Part shown: positions 50,828-59,375 of the stretch, in pieces
Layout of the letters: each line of letters opens with the position of its first letter
Position numbering within the stretch: the first letter of the stretch is position 1
DNA from: Myxococcota bacterium
GTDB lineage: Bacteria > Myxococcota_A > Polyangia > Nannocystales > Nannocystaceae
Length of the DNA stretch: 64,000 bases
NCBI GenBank assembly: GCA_039194325.1
Contig: JBCCWC010000010.1
Location: forward strand, 71,020-135,019
Reading direction: 5' to 3'
Notes under the pieces: generated by a model
Seen by the model: only the letters and a program-made list of their open reading frames with translations
Told to the model about the DNA's origin: nothing
The model's database searches: none
Made by a program: the position numbers and the translations under genes

Positions 50828-50874
50828 CTTGACGGGGCCTCGATATTGGATAACATATCACTTGATACGTCAAG
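50828..50874. promoter_or_regulatory. Divergent promoter and candidate TetR operator
   Basis: Inverted elements CTTGACG...CGTCAAG, GATAT-N8-ATATC and CTTGA-N4-TCAAG. TTGACG-N16-TAACAT faces the dioxygenase gene. Confidence 0.45.
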
Positions 50875-50930
50875 GGCTCGACAGCGGGCCGGAAGAGGCG
50901 GCAACGCCGCCATCCATCGAGGAGAACCAA

Positions 50931-51839
50931 ATGACTACGCAACTCCAGCACTTCGACATCAGCGACGACTTCGCCGAGATCATTGCCGCGATCGACAAGG
51001 ACGGCGGTGTCATCGTCGAGAACTTCATCTCAGAGGAGCTTTGGCAGCGCCTGACCACGCAGCTCAGGCCGCACGCGGACGGGTTCGACCCAGGGATCTC
51101 CGGAGGTGCGATCAAGCAGGTGTTCTGCGGGGCGCAGACCAAGCGGTTCACGGGCCTCGCCAACAGAGCACCGTGCTTTGCGGAGGTGATCGACCATGAA
51201 CTCCTGCACACATGGGCCGAGCACGGCTTTCGCAACGACTATTGGGTCAATACCGGGCAGGCGATCATCATCGGGCCGGGCTCACCGGGCCAAGCCCTGC
51301 ACCGGGACGCGGGTAACTGGCCCATCGTACTCGCCACGGGTAAGGACGGGCCGGAGGCAACGTTGAGCATCATGCTCGCGCTCACCGACTTCACCGAAGA
51401 CAATGGAGCGACCCAGGTCGTTCCCGGGAGCCACATGTGGGAAGACTTCGATCGGGCTGCCGAGGAATCGGAGATCGTGCCCGCGGTCATGCCGGCTAGA
51501 TCGGCGCTCTTGTACACGGGCAAGACCATTCATGGTGGTGGCAAGAATACGTCGACCGATCAATGGCGATTCGGCATTCACCTCAGCTTCGTCCTCGCCC
51601 AGCTGACGCCGGAAGAGGCGCACACCGTGACCGTGCCATGGGAGGTCGCCCAGACGTTTCCAGAGCGCGTCCAGCATATGCTCGGCTATTATTCTCACCG
51701 GTCGTTCTTGCCAGACTGGCCCATTTTGTGGACATACGACTACAGAGACGTCCGCGAAGTGCTGAATCCGCCGCCTGCGCGAGAGTATGTCAGTGCTGGC
51801 GCGCGCAAGCTCGACCCCATGAACATTCCGGACCGATGA
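50931..51839 (+). CDS. Phytanoyl-CoA dioxygenase (PhyH) family Fe(II)/2OG oxygenase
   Basis: GAGGAG RBS, DGGVIV, Q.LHRD, NGAT.VVPGSH and HGGG.N....R. Confidence 0.9.
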   Translation: MTTQLQHFDISDDFAEIIAAIDKDGGVIVENFISEELWQRLTTQLRPHADGFDPGISGGAIKQVFCGAQTKRFTGLANRAPCFAEVIDHELLHTWAEHGFRNDYWVNTGQAIIIGPGSPGQALHRDAGNWPIVLATGKDGPEATLSIMLALTDFTEDNGATQVVPGSHMWEDFDRAAEESEIVPAVMPARSALLYTGKTIHGGGKNTSTDQWRFGIHLSFVLAQLTPEEAHTVTVPWEVAQTFPERVQHMLGYYSHRSFLPDWPILWTYDYRDVREVLNPPPAREYVSAGARKLDPMNIPDR

Positions 51840-51961
51840 TGTGAGCCGATGACTCGGTGGTGTTCGTGCGCGAAGGAAGTATAAGTTGTTTGTCGCACGA
51901 TGCCCGATCTTCCGGACCTTCGAGCTCCAAGCGGGACACGGACGAGGACGTGCTCTGGATC

Positions 51962-52004
51962 GGGCCATCGCTCGACCCGCCCAGTCGCGGGTCGAGCTCG
52001 GCCC
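51962..52004. terminator. GC-rich hairpin between convergent genes
   Basis: GCTCGACCCGC-N6-GCGGGTCGAGC forms a perfect 11-bp stem, extendable with GGGCC/GGCCC. No U-tract. Confidence 0.5.
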
Positions 52005-52026
52005 TGGGCCGCAGGGAGGCAGCGCC

Positions 52027-53478
52027 TCACTCACCCATGAAGCGCACGATGTATAGAGCGTCGCGCTCGTAGCTGGACACCAGGGCTTCGTTGGTGCCGT
52101 CGCCGTCGAAGTCGTCGATCTGCATGGCTCCGGCTTGGCCCATGTCCTCCATCAGGACGTGGGTCTCGAACTCTCCGGGGGCCACTTGCTCCAGCCAGTA
52201 GACATTGGGATCGCCGTCGCCCGAGACGATGATGTCGATGTCACCGTCGTTGTCCATGTCGCCGGTGCCGAAGATTCCCGGTGCCGCCTGGGGAGAGTTG
52301 AACGATCCGGGCCGCGAGCGGATGCCCGTCGATAGCTGGGTCTTGGGCCAGGGCTCGCGTGGATCCTCTGGGATCTCGAAGGCGACGACCGCCGATTCCC
52401 ACGGATCCGCCGGGAACTTGGCCGTGTTCGTGTGGTTTGCTCCGACGGCGCGGAGCACCCCGTCGCCGAAGAGATCCTCGACGAAGGTCAGCTGGATCGA
52501 AGGGCCGCTGTCGTCGTTGATCTCGTGGCGTACGAACTCTCCGGCCGGGCTCTCGGGGCTCGGGTCGGCGACGCGCTCGTACCACGCAAAGGACGCCCCC
52601 AGGCGGGCGAAGAACTCCGCGCTGGCGATGTCGAGGTCGCCATCGCCGTCGACGTCGCGAACCGAGAGGAGGCTGCCCATGCCCGGGCCGATCTCTCGTG
52701 GCGTCGACTCGAAGCGCTCCGGGCTGTCGTTGCCCTTGAACCACTGGGTGATCGCGCGGTCGCGAAAGCCCCAGAAGCGCTTTTGCTCGGCAACGGTCAC
52801 CAGGTCCTCGATGCCATCACCGTCGAAATCGACGAACTCGGCCACGTGATAGAACAGGTTCGAGCCATTGGGCACGAGCACGTGCGGCACGAACTCGCCC
52901 TCGCCGACGGTCTCGTACCAGCGCAGGCCGCCGCAGTGGCCCGGTCCGATGAAGGGGAGCGCGCAGGCGAGGAAGCCATGGGGCACGAAGTAGTCGAGAT
53001 CGCCGTCGTGATCGATGTCTTCGGCGGTGGCGTGGTTGATGAAGCGTAGATCCTCATCTGCATCCACGATGGTTTCGTGCGACCAGCTTTGCTCGCCTTG
53101 CTCGCCTTGCTCGCCTTGCTCGTTTGGCCCGAGGTGATAGAGGCGAAGTTCTCCCGGCACGATGCCGCTGCCCTTGCCAAACGCCGAGATTAGCAATTCC
53201 TTCGTGCCATCGCCCTCTACGTCGATGATCGTGGCGAACGCTGGTCCGGGGACGTTGTCGTCGACTACCTCGATCGCGAATCGAGGATCGTCGGCCGGCT
53301 CGAAGCGATCGCCATAGTCACTCATTCGCCCGTCCTCTTCCACCACGCAGGCACCGAGCCAGAGGGCGTAGGCGCCGAGCACGAGGGCGTAGGCGCCGAG
53401 TCGTGATCGAACGAGGGGGCGAGCCTCGACGGGCCCGTTCGTGCCAATACATCTCATGATTTTCTCATTGTGTCTCAT
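52027..53478 (-). CDS. FG-GAP/VCBS repeat lipoprotein (beta-propeller)
   Basis: Repeats DIDHDGDLD, DFDGDGIED, DVDGDGDLD, DMDNDGDID and DFDGDG, plus lipobox LGAC. Start uncertain. Confidence 0.88.
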   Translation of the reverse strand: MRHNEKIMRCIGTNGPVEARPLVRSRLGAYALVLGAYALWLGACVVEEDGRMSDYGDRFEPADDPRFAIEVVDDNVPGPAFATIIDVEGDGTKELLISAFGKGSGIVPGELRLYHLGPNEQGEQGEQGEQSWSHETIVDADEDLRFINHATAEDIDHDGDLDYFVPHGFLACALPFIGPGHCGGLRWYETVGEGEFVPHVLVPNGSNLFYHVAEFVDFDGDGIEDLVTVAEQKRFWGFRDRAITQWFKGNDSPERFESTPREIGPGMGSLLSVRDVDGDGDLDIASAEFFARLGASFAWYERVADPSPESPAGEFVRHEINDDSGPSIQLTFVEDLFGDGVLRAVGANHTNTAKFPADPWESAVVAFEIPEDPREPWPKTQLSTGIRSRPGSFNSPQAAPGIFGTGDMDNDGDIDIIVSGDGDPNVYWLEQVAPGEFETHVLMEDMGQAGAMQIDDFDGDGTNEALVSSYERDALYIVRFMGE

Positions 53479-54003
53479 TGTCTTATCTGTCCTGTTGTTT
53501 GATTATCTATCGAACGCCCGAGCCCTACTCGAAGGTGGGACCTTCGAGTAAGAGCTTGGTGTGGATCTCTTGCATCTAAGAGTATTTGTTAAGCGATTGC
53601 TTACGTTGATGTCGGTATAATTTTGGGATTGGTGGACGACCACCAGTATGGTCCATGACTAAGCATGCACAAAAGAGGCGTGAGGGGGGCTTGAATCGCC
53701 GGCTGGTTCGAGGTTATTGTTCGTCGATTGCCTGGAGGGCGGGGCCACTCGAAGGGAAGATAGTGCGTTCGGTCATCCGTGATACGCGCTTGGTCTGAGC
53801 GTTGCCGGCGTAGTCACCTGGTGACGCTCCGAGTATTCACGGATGTGCTGAGTCGATGTGGTGGATTTTGTGAGGGACCTGATATGGCATCATCACTGTC
53901 GCATCTGCGTACCGCAGCTCACCAACCATGCCTTCCAGGTGTGTCACTGGGACAGAGCCCTTGTGCAGAACGGGGTTCGCTCGCTCATGGGGTGTTTAGT
54001 GCT

Positions 54004-54160
54004 CGTCTCAATGCTCGAGAGCCTTGAGCAGATCCGCCACCAGGTCCTCCGGATCCTCGATCCCGATCGACAGCCGCAGTAGATCCGGCGGCAGCGGGCT
54101 GTGCTCACCTTCGATCCTTGCCCGGTGCTCGACCAGGCTCGGCGGTTCGCCCAACGAGGT
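54004..54160 (-). repeat. Direct-repeat copy of the 3' end of the Cys/Met PLP enzyme gene (left island boundary)
   Basis: 54033-54140 is identical to 57625-57732 (108 bp). The flanks are diverged but collinear and include the stop codon. Confidence 0.95.
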
Positions 54161-54171
54161 AGGAGGAGAGC

Positions 54172-55239
54172 TCAGGGGTCGAGGCGGACGAGCTCCAGGC
54201 CGAGTTGCTCTCGCGTCACGCCCTGGTCGGTGGACAAGTAGAGCAGGAGCCGGCCTGGTTCGAGCTGCACCTGGTGGTCTTGGTCGCTGACAAACTGACT
54301 CGGGGGGACGAGCCCGGCCTCCTCGCGGATGATATCGCCCGCGAAGTCGCTGGCGGGCGGCTCGGGCAGCGCGTCGAGCTGGCAGGCGATCAGGTTGATG
54401 CCATGCCCGCCTTGGAGGCTGAGACGATACGTGCCGGCATGCTCGATGTCGATCGTGCGAACCCCTCCGGCGCCAAGGCTGTATTCGGCGGTGCTGAACG
54501 GCTCAGCACAGTCGATCTCGATGTCGAGCTCCCAGCGGTCCGGGCCGGTCGGGCTCAGAACCTTACCCCGGCAAGGGTTCCAGTGGGGGTAGGACCATGG
54601 GGCAGTTATTTCGTAGTCTGCGATCGCGTCGGTGAGCTCGAAGCCGTACGCGCTCACGAAGGGTTGCTCACGGGCAATGCGGCGCAGGCCCTCGGCGCCG
54701 TGCTCTTCGAGGAGCCAACGGACGAAGTGCCCGGCAGTCAAGAGGTCCAATTCGCTTTCGTCGTCGAGATCGAGGTTGGCATCGACTTCGGTCTGGCCCT
54801 TCCAGGTGCGATTGCTGAGAGCCTCAGCCATGCCTTCCGCCCAAAAAAGCGGAGGTGCGCCGAGAGAGCTGTCGACTGCGTGTACGAGTTCGTGCTCGAG
54901 GGCTTGCCAGAGTGTATGAACTTCACCGCGTGTGTAGCAGCCCGCAACACCGGGCCAGCATTGCTCGGTGACGTCATCGTAGCGGCTGTAGAGATAGACA
55001 GGTATGGGCTCCGAGACGGAGACATCGAGTATGTCTTCGATGTGACCGATGGCTTGCTCGATCCTGTGGAGATCGCCTGCGCAGAGCGGCTCATCAGAGC
55101 TCACAATCGCGATGTCGTGGACCTCGACGATGTGGCGACCGGGGGCATCCTGGCATGACGCGAGCACGAGGGCGGCGGCCGCGAGAGGTCTCAGCCTCTC
55201 GAGGAAACGGTTGATGCGGTTTTCGTGCTGCGTGCTCAA
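54172..55239 (-). CDS. Lipoprotein with an HExxH gluzincin-like motif (peptidase MA-like)
   Basis: Lipobox LASC, GVAGCY, HELVHA...EGMAE and A..FV.WL....G. TTG start. Confidence 0.7.
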   Translation of the reverse strand: MSTQHENRINRFLERLRPLAAAALVLASCQDAPGRHIVEVHDIAIVSSDEPLCAGDLHRIEQAIGHIEDILDVSVSEPIPVYLYSRYDDVTEQCWPGVAGCYTRGEVHTLWQALEHELVHAVDSSLGAPPLFWAEGMAEALSNRTWKGQTEVDANLDLDDESELDLLTAGHFVRWLLEEHGAEGLRRIAREQPFVSAYGFELTDAIADYEITAPWSYPHWNPCRGKVLSPTGPDRWELDIEIDCAEPFSTAEYSLGAGGVRTIDIEHAGTYRLSLQGGHGINLIACQLDALPEPPASDFAGDIIREEAGLVPPSQFVSDQDHQVQLEPGRLLLYLSTDQGVTREQLGLELVRLDP

Positions 55240-55508
55240 GTTGGTGCCGTTATTGCAGATGGTATTCTAACACAAAGGGGTCGTCTTCTCTCAGTATTTC
55301 GACGGTGAACATAATTGAGGTATGAAGGATAAAACGTCGAATGCGATCTCCACGACGACCGTGGGCGGGTTCGCATCCCCTGTCACACTGCGGCAGCGAG
55401 GATGGGTGACATGCCTGTCCCAAAGAGAAAGCCTTATGCTAGGTTGGCAGTTCAAACGAAGTCATGATAAAATCGAGCATAGAGATCATCGAGCTTCTAT
55501 CTCTTACG

Positions 55509-57317
55509 CTAGCTGGAATGCCTAACGTCTAACCATTGGATAGGCCCAAGTTGTTCTTTTCGTGGCATCAAGAGCGCTGAGATTTCTCCATTTTCTCCTG
55601 CTGCCACAATGATCATTAAGGGGTTGAGCTCTTCGTTACTACTGTGCCAGGAAAAAAATAGTTTGGATTTCACAAGTCTGATCTCACTTTCTTCATTGTT
55701 GAACTTCAGCAGGCATTCACCGTTCTCAATCAGTATTGAGAACTTCTTGAGTCTTTCATTATCTCCTTGCCATTGCCCTTCTATTGAAATTGTGCTTGGA
55801 TCGAGCGCAGTCACGTCATTCGCGATGCGAAGTATCGCTGCTGCGCACTCTTTTCCGTCTCTGAAGATTATCTTCTCTGCCTGATCTTCCGTGTGGACTT
55901 TCTCCTCAAGTATGCCTCGGATCTTATAGGGAGCAGACGGATCATCGGAGTCAAAGGTGCCTTCGTGTTCACGAAGAATCTCTAATCCAGCTTCCGGTAC
56001 AGCTATACTTCCCAGTAGCATTGCCATATTCGATTTTGCGACGGAAACACCTAATGCTGCAGATCGTCGATAGTCGCGAAAGGCGAGCGATATTAAGTTG
56101 GCTTGGTGACGCGCAACGCCCCGTGTGTGATATATCACTCCTTCTGTTTGATTATCTGTTAGTGCATGGGCGAAATACAGAAGAAGCGGAACCAGCCTAT
56201 GCTGGTTTAAGAATTCAGTAGATTTTGTGATAAGCTCACCTCCTGTCTGAAGCATAAGTACGTGAAGTAGCAGATGGGTCACAAAATCATTGGATGGAAT
56301 ATGTGAGCATAGGGTTTTGGCGGCAAGCGTTTTAAGATGACGATCTTGCGATCTAAGTGCGGCAATTAGACGCATTTCGGCATTGTCTTTGCGTCCAAGG
56401 AGAAACTCCTGTTGGGCGATGTTCATTTTTGCAGATCGTTCCATGTCCAAGATGAGATTTCCGCTCAGAGCATGTTCGTAGAGTTTGATTGCCTCGATTG
56501 GGTTGCTCTCTTCCTGGGCCAACCAAAATGCAAATGTTGCCGTTCTCCTAATTTCCTCTTCTTCCTCAAGCAATATTTGTCGAAGGCTTTTCTCGGCTTG
56601 TTTGGAAATTGCGTATGCTCTTGCGCACCTACATCGTGCCTTTTCTTCTATGTTTGATGCACTGCGCATGATCTGGTCGAATAGTTCTATGCCTTTGTCC
56701 TTTCGTCCAAACGCCAGTTCGTGGTACGCGATTTTGAGAGTTGATGTCCGGTTACTGTCAGTGATTTCATAGATATCTTTATTGCTCTTCTCTGGATCAA
56801 TTGCTTGGGTGAATTTTTCATAATTCTTTTTTGTATTTCGGCGCGTTGTTGCGCCGATCGCTGCTGCAATGTCATTCAAAAAAAGGATCATTTTATCTTT
56901 CTGTTTGACATCGGTCGCTTGGTAGCTCGAAATCGAAAAAGGCAAAGCGCCAGGAGATATGTCAAATAAGAGGGGAACATATAAAATGTTTCGTCCAAAG
57001 GCTGCACCCGCTTCAAAGAAAATCCATTCTCTTTCTTTTGAATTTGGCGTAATTATTCCAACAAATGCCCTTGAGGTCATTGTGGCATTTTGAATTTGTT
57101 CTCGAAACCCGAGGTTACTTGACTGTAAGCCTCCAATACCTGATACAAATACTTTTGGATTCGGAGATAGGGACGATTCGAGTAGGGTTTTTACTGCGGC
57201 TGCTAGCGGCTCATCGGGGCGAACTCTATATGATATGAATATGTCAAACGTTTCACCCTGAGGGCTAGAGCCCTCCGTACGAATAGGGTGACGTGGCGAT
57301 TCGGTTTGTGGCGGCAT
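55509..57317 (-). CDS. TIR domain protein with TPR-like helical repeats (low GC)
   Basis: FDIFISY, VFVS, FVGIITPNS..REWIFFEAGAA (conserved Glu) and VPLL, followed by an Ala/Leu-rich helical region. Two 60-bp lines counted by hand gave 40% and 43% GC. Confidence 0.85.
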   Translation of the reverse strand: MPPQTESPRHPIRTEGSSPQGETFDIFISYRVRPDEPLAAAVKTLLESSLSPNPKVFVSGIGGLQSSNLGFREQIQNATMTSRAFVGIITPNSKEREWIFFEAGAAFGRNILYVPLLFDISPGALPFSISSYQATDVKQKDKMILFLNDIAAAIGATTRRNTKKNYEKFTQAIDPEKSNKDIYEITDSNRTSTLKIAYHELAFGRKDKGIELFDQIMRSASNIEEKARCRCARAYAISKQAEKSLRQILLEEEEEIRRTATFAFWLAQEESNPIEAIKLYEHALSGNLILDMERSAKMNIAQQEFLLGRKDNAEMRLIAALRSQDRHLKTLAAKTLCSHIPSNDFVTHLLLHVLMLQTGGELITKSTEFLNQHRLVPLLLYFAHALTDNQTEGVIYHTRGVARHQANLISLAFRDYRRSAALGVSVAKSNMAMLLGSIAVPEAGLEILREHEGTFDSDDPSAPYKIRGILEEKVHTEDQAEKIIFRDGKECAAAILRIANDVTALDPSTISIEGQWQGDNERLKKFSILIENGECLLKFNNEESEIRLVKSKLFFSWHSSNEELNPLMIIVAAGENGEISALLMPRKEQLGPIQWLDVRHSS

Positions 57318-57599
57318 GGCTGTTCGTTCGTTGATAAATGATTATATCGAATCTTGTGTCGTTAGGTAGAGCCTCAGGGGATCCCTTATGCGACGGTCTT
57401 TAGGGTGTACGGAAGTGTAGGTGTCTTTTTCGTTGGGGCCGCCCCTTGGCAATAAGGACAGTGAGTTGATTATTATGGGACTTGAGGACTATGTTGCCCG
57501 TTGGTCCATGTAGATATGGGTTGGCGGGGAAAGTTGGTAAAAGAATATCTTCTATGCGACATTCAGGTGAGACCAAGTTTTATCTTGATTCTCTTCGTC

Positions 57600-58745
57600 T
57601 CAACGCGCGAGGGCCTGAATCAAGTCCGCCACCAGGTCCTCCGGATCCTCGATCCCGATCGACAGCCGCAGTAGATCCGGCGGCAGCGGGCTGTGCTCAC
57701 CTTCGATCCTTGCCCGGTGCTCGACCAGGCTCTCTAGCCCACCCAGCGAGGTCGCGTCGCGAAACACCTTCAGCCGGTTCATCACCTCGCGCGCCCGCGC
57801 TTCGCCGCCTGCGGGTCGAAACGACAGCAGCGGCCCAAACCCGCCCTGCATCTGCCGCGCTGCGATCTCGTGCCCGGGATGATCTGCCAGCCCCGGGTAG
57901 AGCACCTGCTCCACCGCCGTGTGCTCTTGCAGCGCCTCCGCGACCCGCTGCGCTCCGCGGCACGCTGCCGGTACCCGCAAGAAGATCGTCCGCATCCCCC
58001 GAAGCAGCAGCCACGCCTCGAAGGGCCCGAGCACCGCGCCCCGATACCCGCGCTCGTGACGAATGCCCTGCCACAGGGGATCGTCGGGTGCCGCGGTCAC
58101 CAGCGCTCCGGCCAGCACGTCGGCGTGCCCGTTGAGCTGCTTGGTCGCCGAGTGCATCACCAGATCCACGCCCAGCGTCAGCGGTCGACACAGCACCGGC
58201 GTGGCGGTCGTCCCGTCGGCTACCACCTTGGCGCCAGCCCGATGGGCGAGCTCGACGGTGGCCGCGATGTCGGTGATCTGCCCCAGGGGATTGCTCGGCG
58301 TCTCCAGCCACACGAGCGCGGTCGCCCCCGGGCGCAGCCGAGCGGCCAGATCATTGGGATCGGAATTGTCGTACGCATCCAGCTCGATCGCGCCGCTTTG
58401 ATGCAAGTGCGTGAGCCAGCCGCGGATCGTCCAGTACATGTGCCGCGGGTACAGCACATGCGCCCCGCGGGGTAGCGCCTCGAAGATCGTGGTGGCCGCG
58501 GCCATCCCCGAGGCAAAGAGCAGTGCCTCCTTGCCCCCTTCGAGCCGGGCCAGCAGAGCTTCCGGCGCGTCGAACGTGGGATTCTGGTCCCGCGAGTAGC
58601 TGTGCCCCCCAGGATACGAACCATCGGCCGCCCGCGTATACGAAGCCGAGGGATGGATCGACGGCACTACGCCGTGATACGGCGGGTCGGGCCACTGCAA
58701 GGCTTGGGCGGCGAGGGTCGCGAGGGAGGGCACGCGCTCGGACAT
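57600..58745 (-). CDS. Cys/Met metabolism PLP enzyme (cystathionine gamma-synthase/lyase family)
   Basis: YSR.QNPT, FASGMAA, ETPSNP, DGT.ATP, HSATKQLNGH and SLGGLESL...LRLSIGIED. Confidence 0.95.
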   Translation of the reverse strand: MSERVPSLATLAAQALQWPDPPYHGVVPSIHPSASYTRAADGSYPGGHSYSRDQNPTFDAPEALLARLEGGKEALLFASGMAAATTIFEALPRGAHVLYPRHMYWTIRGWLTHLHQSGAIELDAYDNSDPNDLAARLRPGATALVWLETPSNPLGQITDIAATVELAHRAGAKVVADGTTATPVLCRPLTLGVDLVMHSATKQLNGHADVLAGALVTAAPDDPLWQGIRHERGYRGAVLGPFEAWLLLRGMRTIFLRVPAACRGAQRVAEALQEHTAVEQVLYPGLADHPGHEIAARQMQGGFGPLLSFRPAGGEARAREVMNRLKVFRDATSLGGLESLVEHRARIEGEHSPLPPDLLRLSIGIEDPEDLVADLIQALAR

Positions 58746-58898
58746 GGCGGTGGCTTACGGGCCCGCGCCGGATCGGTCAATGCCCACCTTTGCTCAGGCG
58801 AGCATAATGTGCGAGGGGACGATCGACGGTGGCCGATCACTTCACCCTCGCAGCACGAGTTCTCTCAGCGCGGAGCTGGTCAGACTCGGCTCGGACCG

Positions 58899-59282
58899 TC
58901 AAACCCGCCCCACCACATGCGACGAGCTGAACTTCACCGCGTACCCATCGGGATCGGACACGGTGAACGAGTCGTGGATCCGTCCGTGGGCGATCGGGGT
59001 GGGCTGGAACCCGTCGGCGGCGAGACGCTCACGGGTCGCGGGGAGATCCTCCACCATCAGGTCGAAGGGGGCCGGCGTTCCGGGCTCGATGGGCGCATCG
59101 GCGGGGTGGAGCACCACGTGGGTGCCACCGCGCAGCTCGAGCACGGCCACGGACTCGCCCACGAACACTTGGCGCATGCCCAGACGGCGCCAGAACGGTG
59201 CCGAGGTGCTCACGCTGGATACGGGAACGGAAACATGACCCACCCAAACGGGCGGGGCTTGGTCGGAAAAGTCGCGAGGCAT
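58899..59282 (-). CDS. VOC/glyoxalase family protein
   Basis: VGHV.., FW..LG, VLELRGGTH and H.SF...DPDG. Confidence 0.8.
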   Translation of the reverse strand: MPRDFSDQAPPVWVGHVSVPVSSVSTSAPFWRRLGMRQVFVGESVAVLELRGGTHVVLHPADAPIEPGTPAPFDLMVEDLPATRERLAADGFQPTPIAHGRIHDSFTVSDPDGYAVKFSSSHVVGRV

Positions 59283-59375
59283 GGTGATCTTCAAGACGTC
59301 GACCACGAGCCCGGTGTGACGGGACCACGGGTCATCTTCGCCATGCGGGGTGCTCATGCGGACACGGGCCGCGCT

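Larger units (their letters stand above)
54004..57752. mobile_element. Small integrase-free genomic island bounded by gene-3'-end direct repeats
   Basis: The repeats are 3592 bp apart. The interior holds a strongly AT-shifted TIR gene and no recombinase ORF. Confidence 0.7.

Noticed and set aside
55241..55258. Sigma-54-like GG-N10-GC element (TTGGTGCCGTTATTGCA)
   Set aside because: It points in the + direction where no credible gene follows, so it is likely chance.
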